From Candidatus Poribacteria bacterium (lineage in GTDB: Bacteria > Poribacteria > WGA-4E > WGA-3G): 64,000 bases of DNA. The translations under genes and the position numbers were made by a program. Below are positions 58,781-64,000 of this stretch, piece after piece. Under the pieces are notes generated by a model that was not told where the DNA came from, ran no database searches, and saw only the letters and a program-made list of their open reading frames with translations. Position 1 is the first letter of the stretch, and the number at the start of each line of letters is the position of its first letter. The stretch spans positions 3,648,001 through 3,712,000 of the forward strand of contig OZ240248.1 of NCBI GenBank assembly GCA_965198235.1, written 5' to 3'.

Positions 58781-59674
58781 TTATAAGTCGGGAAACCTTA
58801 AAATCCGTTTTGCATTTCCTCCCATGATGTCTGCCAGTTCCGCTTCAGATAAATCTGGTAGTAATTCTTCTATAACTGTGGTAAGTTTACCATAACCCGG
58901 TTCTTCCAAAATCCATGGAAAATCGGTTGCCCACATCAATCGTTTTGCCCCAAAGCCGGTCAAAAGTCCCCGGTGCCATCCCGCTAAATCTTTATAGGGA
59001 AATTCTTCTTTGCTAAAGGCATATTGACCAGAGAGATGCACATTAACATTTTCAAAGCGCGCGAGTCGATAAGTGGTGTGCATAGTGAGGTTGTAACCTG
59101 TCACCTGTATCTGAGGTCTCCCGAACTCGTCCCAGCTGAATTTGCCTTTTCCTGGGCACACGGCGAGATGATTGAGCACAACCCGTACCTGTGGGAATTC
59201 TTGTATCAGATATGGCAGGAGATGTGCGTTGATGGCGTTCGGATAGAGCCATAGCACATAGTCATGTTCGGCGGCACACTCCCAGATAGGATACGCCTCA
59301 AACTCCCGAACATCCATCTTCGCAAAAATATCACGCGGTCCCCCAAATGTGGAAAATCGGAATCCGATAATCCCTGTGTTATCTGTTAGTTCCGCCATGT
59401 GGTCAGCGGGGTTCGGGTGTCCCTCTGGGATCAGTCCGATTCCTAAAAACCGATTCGGATACTCTTTGAGGCAACGTAGCAGGTAACGATGCTGTTCTAT
59501 GCTCGTGCCAGCCATCTGGACGAGGACCGCTTGGTCGATCTGGTGTTTTTCCATTTCGCCTAACAGTTTTTCGACAGGCTCTTCCCGTTCTGCGGGCCAG
59601 ACGTCTGATGTCTCCCTCGGAAACTCGGAGGAGGCTTTTGTGAATACATGCAGATGCGCATCAATTCGTGGCAT
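58781..59674 (-). CDS. Amidohydrolase_2 family protein
   Basis: IDAHLH, VLNHL, RLMWATDFP. Confidence 0.88.
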   Translation of the reverse strand: MPRIDAHLHVFTKASSEFPRETSDVWPAEREEPVEKLLGEMEKHQIDQAVLVQMAGTSIEQHRYLLRCLKEYPNRFLGIGLIPEGHPNPADHMAELTDNTGIIGFRFSTFGGPRDIFAKMDVREFEAYPIWECAAEHDYVLWLYPNAINAHLLPYLIQEFPQVRVVLNHLAVCPGKGKFSWDEFGRPQIQVTGYNLTMHTTYRLARFENVNVHLSGQYAFSKEEFPYKDLAGWHRGLLTGFGAKRLMWATDFPWILEEPGYGKLTTVIEELLPDLSEAELADIMGGNAKRILRFPDL

Positions 59675-59692
59675 GGGATAATCCTCCTTTAG

Positions 59693-60409
59693 TTAGCTGT
59701 CCAAGCTAAACAATTTGCGGCGTTCCGGGGTCTGGCAATACGCCGAGATGGCGGCATACTGTTCCGGTCCAATACGTCCCGATGTTCGTTTTTCGTAAAT
59801 CAGGATGATTGATTTACGCGGTACGTCGGAGTGATTGTCCATTGAAACGTGCCATCCGCACGAATTGAACATAATCGCTGTGCCGGCTTTAGCGGGAAAA
59901 GTTTTATGTCCCGGCATGCTCTCTTGCCGCATCGGGCGTGTGTACGGACCGGCATCGGGTATATGACTGCCCGGCACAAAGCCGAATTCCCCACCTCCCG
60001 GTTCGACATCGTTGACGTAGATTTGCACCTTGATGTGGAGCGGATTGCTCTGTGGTACATCGGGGTGCCATCCCGTATAACTCACGGGCCACGGTGCCAC
60101 AGTCCGAACCTGAGGTCCCAATAGAATCAGGTCGTGATCGGTGAACTCCATCAGTGCGCCGTAGTAACTTGGATAGTCGATAATATCAATGAAAATCGGA
60201 TCTTTTTCAAGTGGGCTTGGGATGTCATAAAACGTTGCTGCGGCTTCCGCTGCTTCGACTCTGTCCAACCAATCTGCCTTGCATGCGTCTGCCCAGTGAT
60301 CGAAAGCGGTTTGGAGTCGCTTAAGGTCCTCCCCTTGAATTGCGTTTTCAAAAACGAGATACCCTTCTTCTTCCCACTGTTCTTTTTGTTCGGGTGTTGG
60401 TAGAATCAT
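59693..60409 (-). CDS. Phytanoyl-CoA dioxygenase (PhyH) family protein
   Basis: EEGYLV, WHPD, VPGSH, AGTAIMF...WH...R. Confidence 0.88.
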   Translation of the reverse strand: MILPTPEQKEQWEEEGYLVFENAIQGEDLKRLQTAFDHWADACKADWLDRVEAAEAAATFYDIPSPLEKDPIFIDIIDYPSYYGALMEFTDHDLILLGPQVRTVAPWPVSYTGWHPDVPQSNPLHIKVQIYVNDVEPGGGEFGFVPGSHIPDAGPYTRPMRQESMPGHKTFPAKAGTAIMFNSCGWHVSMDNHSDVPRKSIILIYEKRTSGRIGPEQYAAISAYCQTPERRKLFSLDS

Positions 60410-60422
60410 GATCTCCCTCCCA

Positions 60423-61466
60423 TTATTTTACGCGGCCCCTGCCTGCAATTTGCCAGATTGTTTCGACGTTATTATTTCTTATACCTATCAGTTCATTGTG
60501 CAGATTACTCGTCATCCCTTGATGCAGCGGGATAACGGAAAGCTGCTCACCGACCTTAAATCGGTGGGAACATTCACTGACATTGACATGCCCATGCTCG
60601 ACAGACATGCCGTAAATCTTCGCCTCGGGATGTTCAACGATGTGCCCGTAAGGCGTTGGCGGATAACTGGTAAAAGTCTTCATCCCGCCATCAATGATAA
60701 TCCGCTCAGGTGTTGGCGTGCTGACAACCGTTACGATAACACGGAGGACACACCTTTCAGGCGCGAGCATCTCCGAATTGCCGATCCGAGTCAAACCCTC
60801 GTAAACATAAGAACCGCTTCGTGTTTCCGTACAGCCGAGTTCTTTCGATGCCTCCTCCGAACCTGTGCCGCCACCACTGATGATGTTCACAGGAATACCG
60901 TCGCGGGTCAGGAGGCCGAGTGTTTCTGTGAGAAACGGTTTGGCTCGAACATTGCTCGGATACGTCATCACGCCTTGGAAGTCAATGCCGGGCATTTTCA
61001 CGATCTGTTGTGCAAGGTGTTGTGCTTTTTGGGGGGACTGCACACCACAGCGTCCACTTCCGGTATCGAGTTCCACGATAACAGGCACAACACAACTGTC
61101 AGCAATTGCTTGTTGAGAGATACCGATTGCGGTCTCCTCTGAATCGAGTGCGACGGTAATTCGCGCGCGTTTTGTGAGTGCTGTCAATCGCTTCAGTTTC
61201 GGTTTTCCAACGATATTGTAGGGGATAAGGATATTGTCGATTCCAGCATCCACCATTACCTCTGCTTCGCCTAATTTCTGGCAGGTAATGCCTTGGGAAC
61301 CGGCAGCGATCTGCAATTTAGCGATTTCTGGCACCTTATGGGTTTTGGTATGAACGCGTAGGGGTATACCGAGTTGGTCGCAGTGCATTGCCATACCGTT
61401 GATGTTCCGTTCAAGCACGTCCAGATCTGCGGCAAGTGCGGGTGTGTCTAAGGCAGCGATGTTCAT
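60423..61466 (-). CDS. DSD1/D-threonine aldolase family PLP enzyme
   Basis: TPAL, RVHTKTHK, RCGV, SVEHG. Confidence 0.88.
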   Translation of the reverse strand: MNIAALDTPALAADLDVLERNINGMAMHCDQLGIPLRVHTKTHKVPEIAKLQIAAGSQGITCQKLGEAEVMVDAGIDNILIPYNIVGKPKLKRLTALTKRARITVALDSEETAIGISQQAIADSCVVPVIVELDTGSGRCGVQSPQKAQHLAQQIVKMPGIDFQGVMTYPSNVRAKPFLTETLGLLTRDGIPVNIISGGGTGSEEASKELGCTETRSGSYVYEGLTRIGNSEMLAPERCVLRVIVTVVSTPTPERIIIDGGMKTFTSYPPTPYGHIVEHPEAKIYGMSVEHGHVNVSECSHRFKVGEQLSVIPLHQGMTSNLHNELIGIRNNNVETIWQIAGRGRVK

Positions 61467-61678
61467 AGTTTTCCTCGTGATACGGGCTGACAAGTAAACG
61501 CCTTACGTCAAATAGGTTTCTGCGCTTAGTTTACCCGTTATACATTTTTCTGTCAAGCGATTGAGTTGAGATGGTTTGTCCTTGAAATTTTCTCAAAAAC
61601 GGATATAATAGGGATACTTTGCAAGCGCGACACCGTTTGGAGTTTGAATGCGATTTTCGCAAGGGAGATTTTAATAAA

Positions 61679-62269
61679 TTGAGACGATTAATTGTAGGAA
61701 TAACCGGTGCGAGCGCAGGTATATATGGGGTCCGTCTGCTTCAAGTTCTCACGAAGCAGGAGGATATAGAGATACATCTAACAATTTCTTCGTCTGGGGC
61801 GCGCGCCTTGTCAGAAGAACTTCAGATTGAAGTCGACCTTGATAATTTCGAGTTAGAATCGCTCATTGGTGTTTCTTCACCCCGAGTTGTTTACCACCAC
61901 GAATCGGACATCGCTGCCCCGATTGCCAGCGGCTCTTTCCGGACTGAAGGGATGATTGTTGTGCCTTGTAGTATGGGCAGCATTGCTTCTATCGCCGGAG
62001 GGATGTCGCGCAACCTTATCCAACGTGCAGCGGATGTATGTATTAAGGAGAATCGTAGGCTTGTGGTTGTTCCGCGCGAAACCCCCTTAAGTCCCATTCA
62101 TTTGGAAAATATGCTGAAATTGTCGCGCATAGGAGTTTGCGTGTTACCAGCGATGCCGGGGTTCTATCACTATCCAAAATCCGTAGACGATTTGCTCAAC
62201 TTCGTTGTTACAAAAATCTTAGATCAGTTTGGAATAGATACGGGGTTGATTCAGAGATGGAAAGAGTAG
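61679..62269 (+). CDS. ubiX: Flavin prenyltransferase
   Basis: VGITGASAG, IASGS, PCSM, PRETP, PGFYH; TTG start inferred. Confidence 0.95.
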   Translation: MRRLIVGITGASAGIYGVRLLQVLTKQEDIEIHLTISSSGARALSEELQIEVDLDNFELESLIGVSSPRVVYHHESDIAAPIASGSFRTEGMIVVPCSMGSIASIAGGMSRNLIQRAADVCIKENRRLVVVPRETPLSPIHLENMLKLSRIGVCVLPAMPGFYHYPKSVDDLLNFVVTKILDQFGIDTGLIQRWKE

Positions 62270-62319
62270 GTGTTCGTTCTTTAGAATTTAACTCGGTGTT
62301 GCTTTTCAGTCGTAGACAT

Positions 62320-63606
62320 CTATTTCTGTCCTGCTCGGCTGTAATGTCTATACCACAACCACCATAGCAGTGCTGGAATAAGCGTGAGTGCTGCCATTCC
62401 CCACAAGATCATCTGTATCTGAAACCGATCTAACAGCATCCCAATGATCAGTGAGCTGGTTCCGCCCATGAGTGTAAAAAGGGCGAACTCAGTGCCGAAG
62501 ATACGTCCTCGAATTTCGTTCGGGGCGCGTTGGAGCAGCAATTGTGTTGAAAACACCCATACGATTCCGCCCCCGATGCTCCTAACAAGCCCACCGAGAA
62601 GCACAGTTCCGAAATTAGAAACAGGAGCCATGATAGCTATTCCGATCACCGCAATTAAGTAGCCGAAGGTGATGCTTATCCGGAGCGGTTTGTCCTGATC
62701 GCCGGTCCAACGCCGCGCGAGGATCGGTCCAATACCACTTCCGATGCCGTTTATGCAATATATTATGCCTAAACTCAATGCCCCACCGACCCCAATAACG
62801 AAATAATTACTGGCAATTTCAACCAACACTACTTGAACGCCAGTGGACATTAAAAGCGATATCGCTGCCTTATGCATTGCTATGATAAGAATGTCGGGAT
62901 GCTGAAGCATGTAGCGTAGTGCTGTTAACTTCGCACGCGCTGGAGCTTCTCCGGCAGTGGATGACGGACCCGGTAGTCTAATCTTAAGCAGGAGTCCTGC
63001 TGAAATAACAAAGGTGCATCCGTCAATAACGAAAGCTGTCTGACTCCCAAAGAGTCCTGTTGTTAAACCACCGATGGCGGCACCGACGGCAAGCATCACC
63101 GACCAGGTGGCTGCCCCCAAAGTATTAGCGGTGCCGAGTTCTTGTGGAGAGGTAATGTCTGGTAGGATAGCACTCCGTGCCGGACTGAAGAAACCGCTTA
63201 CACCGAACAGAAGTGTCGTGAGGGTGTAAAGCAACCAGATATGGCTTGCGTCTCGGACGAAAAGAAACCCAAGAACGACGAAGGCACGCACGAGATCGGT
63301 GATGATTAGCAGGTGCTTTCGGTTGTACCGGTCGGCGCATATCCCAGCGATCGGAGCGATAACGAATGGGGCTGCCATCCGGATTGTAAACAGAACGCCT
63401 AAAGCGAAGCCGGAGTCGCTTAACTCAGCAATTAATATTGCTGAGGCGATGAGGTTAAACCAATCCCCAAGCAGGCTGACAACCTGTCCACCCCAGAGCC
63501 AGCGAAAGTTGGGGTTCTGTCGAAGTAGTTCAAAATAGCCGACCGATTTTCCGATGTCCCGTTGTTCTTCCGCTGGCTTTATTGGAGAGCGTTCCTGTTT
63601 AGACAA
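62320..63606 (-). CDS. MFS transporter (MFS_3 / macrolide-efflux-like)
   Basis: NFRWLWGGQVVSLLGDWF, GICADRYNRK, about 12 TM helices. Confidence 0.9.
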   Translation of the reverse strand: MSKQERSPIKPAEEQRDIGKSVGYFELLRQNPNFRWLWGGQVVSLLGDWFNLIASAILIAELSDSGFALGVLFTIRMAAPFVIAPIAGICADRYNRKHLLIITDLVRAFVVLGFLFVRDASHIWLLYTLTTLLFGVSGFFSPARSAILPDITSPQELGTANTLGAATWSVMLAVGAAIGGLTTGLFGSQTAFVIDGCTFVISAGLLLKIRLPGPSSTAGEAPARAKLTALRYMLQHPDILIIAMHKAAISLLMSTGVQVVLVEIASNYFVIGVGGALSLGIIYCINGIGSGIGPILARRWTGDQDKPLRISITFGYLIAVIGIAIMAPVSNFGTVLLGGLVRSIGGGIVWVFSTQLLLQRAPNEIRGRIFGTEFALFTLMGGTSSLIIGMLLDRFQIQMILWGMAALTLIPALLWWLWYRHYSRAGQK

Positions 63607-64000
63607 TTAGAGGTTCCACCGTTCGTTAATCGGTTTCTGGTAAACTTCGATGTTACCTGCGACTACCTCTTCATAGTCAACTGCCTGCCCACAGGCATTA
63701 GACTCGTAAATCGATTCACAGATCGATTTAGCCCGTAGTCCTACCTCTGCGTCAAGTTCGGGTGGACGGTTGTTTCCTATTGCATCCGCGAAATCATAGC
63801 ATTCAAGGACCACACCATCGGTGAAATTGTGTGGGAAGAGTCTCGCTTCTTCTTCATCCGAAAGGCTTGACCTATATTCGGTGATAAGGCTTTCCATACT
63901 ATGGCGAGTGCCATCTTTAAGAATCACTTCCGCACTATCGAACGGACCGTGGAAGATGTCGCCGTCATCGAGCAGGCACCCTTCGCTACCATAGTAGACG
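63607..64000 (-). CDS. C-terminus of a Gfo/Idh/MocA oxidoreductase (5' partial)
   Basis: YYGSEGC...DFADAI...PELDAEVGL...IYES; frame open to window end. Confidence 0.7.
   Translation of the reverse strand, partial: VYYGSEGCLLDDGDIFHGPFDSAEVILKDGTRHSMESLITEYRSSLSDEEEARLFPHNFTDGVVLECYDFADAIGNNRPPELDAEVGLRAKSICESIYESNACGQAVDYEEVVAGNIEVYQKPINERWNL

Overview
This is a bacterial chromosomal window, inferred to be Candidatus Poribacteria from the recurrent C-terminal (A/P)V-x-P-K-x-(K/R)-L-x-T-x-W-x-x-(I/L)-K tail, the PhyH, sulfatase and ankyrin content, and the repeat-rich spacers. Housekeeping genes include dapL, dapB, lipA, selB with tRNA-Sec, lepB, lepA, glnS-gltX, ffh-rpsP-khpA-trmD-rplS-rnhB-yraN and ubiX. 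Accessory genes include a PQQ alcohol dehydrogenase operon with the lanthanide-binding Asp, two Rpn/YhgA genes with strong internal start sites, and decayed toxin-antitoxin and restriction remnants. Three mosaic paralogs encode a secreted metzincin-ankyrin-trypsin-like protein. Most of the longer intergenic spacers hold non-coding repeats: a MITE family with clear terminal inverted repeats (TIRs) and target-site duplications (TSDs) but unrelated cargo, a hairpin-slot element that abuts start codons, GTAG-REP/REPIN units and CRISPR-like REP arrays. The same hairpin modules recur across these families. No cas gene, reverse transcriptase, integrase or RAYT transposase is visible in the window.
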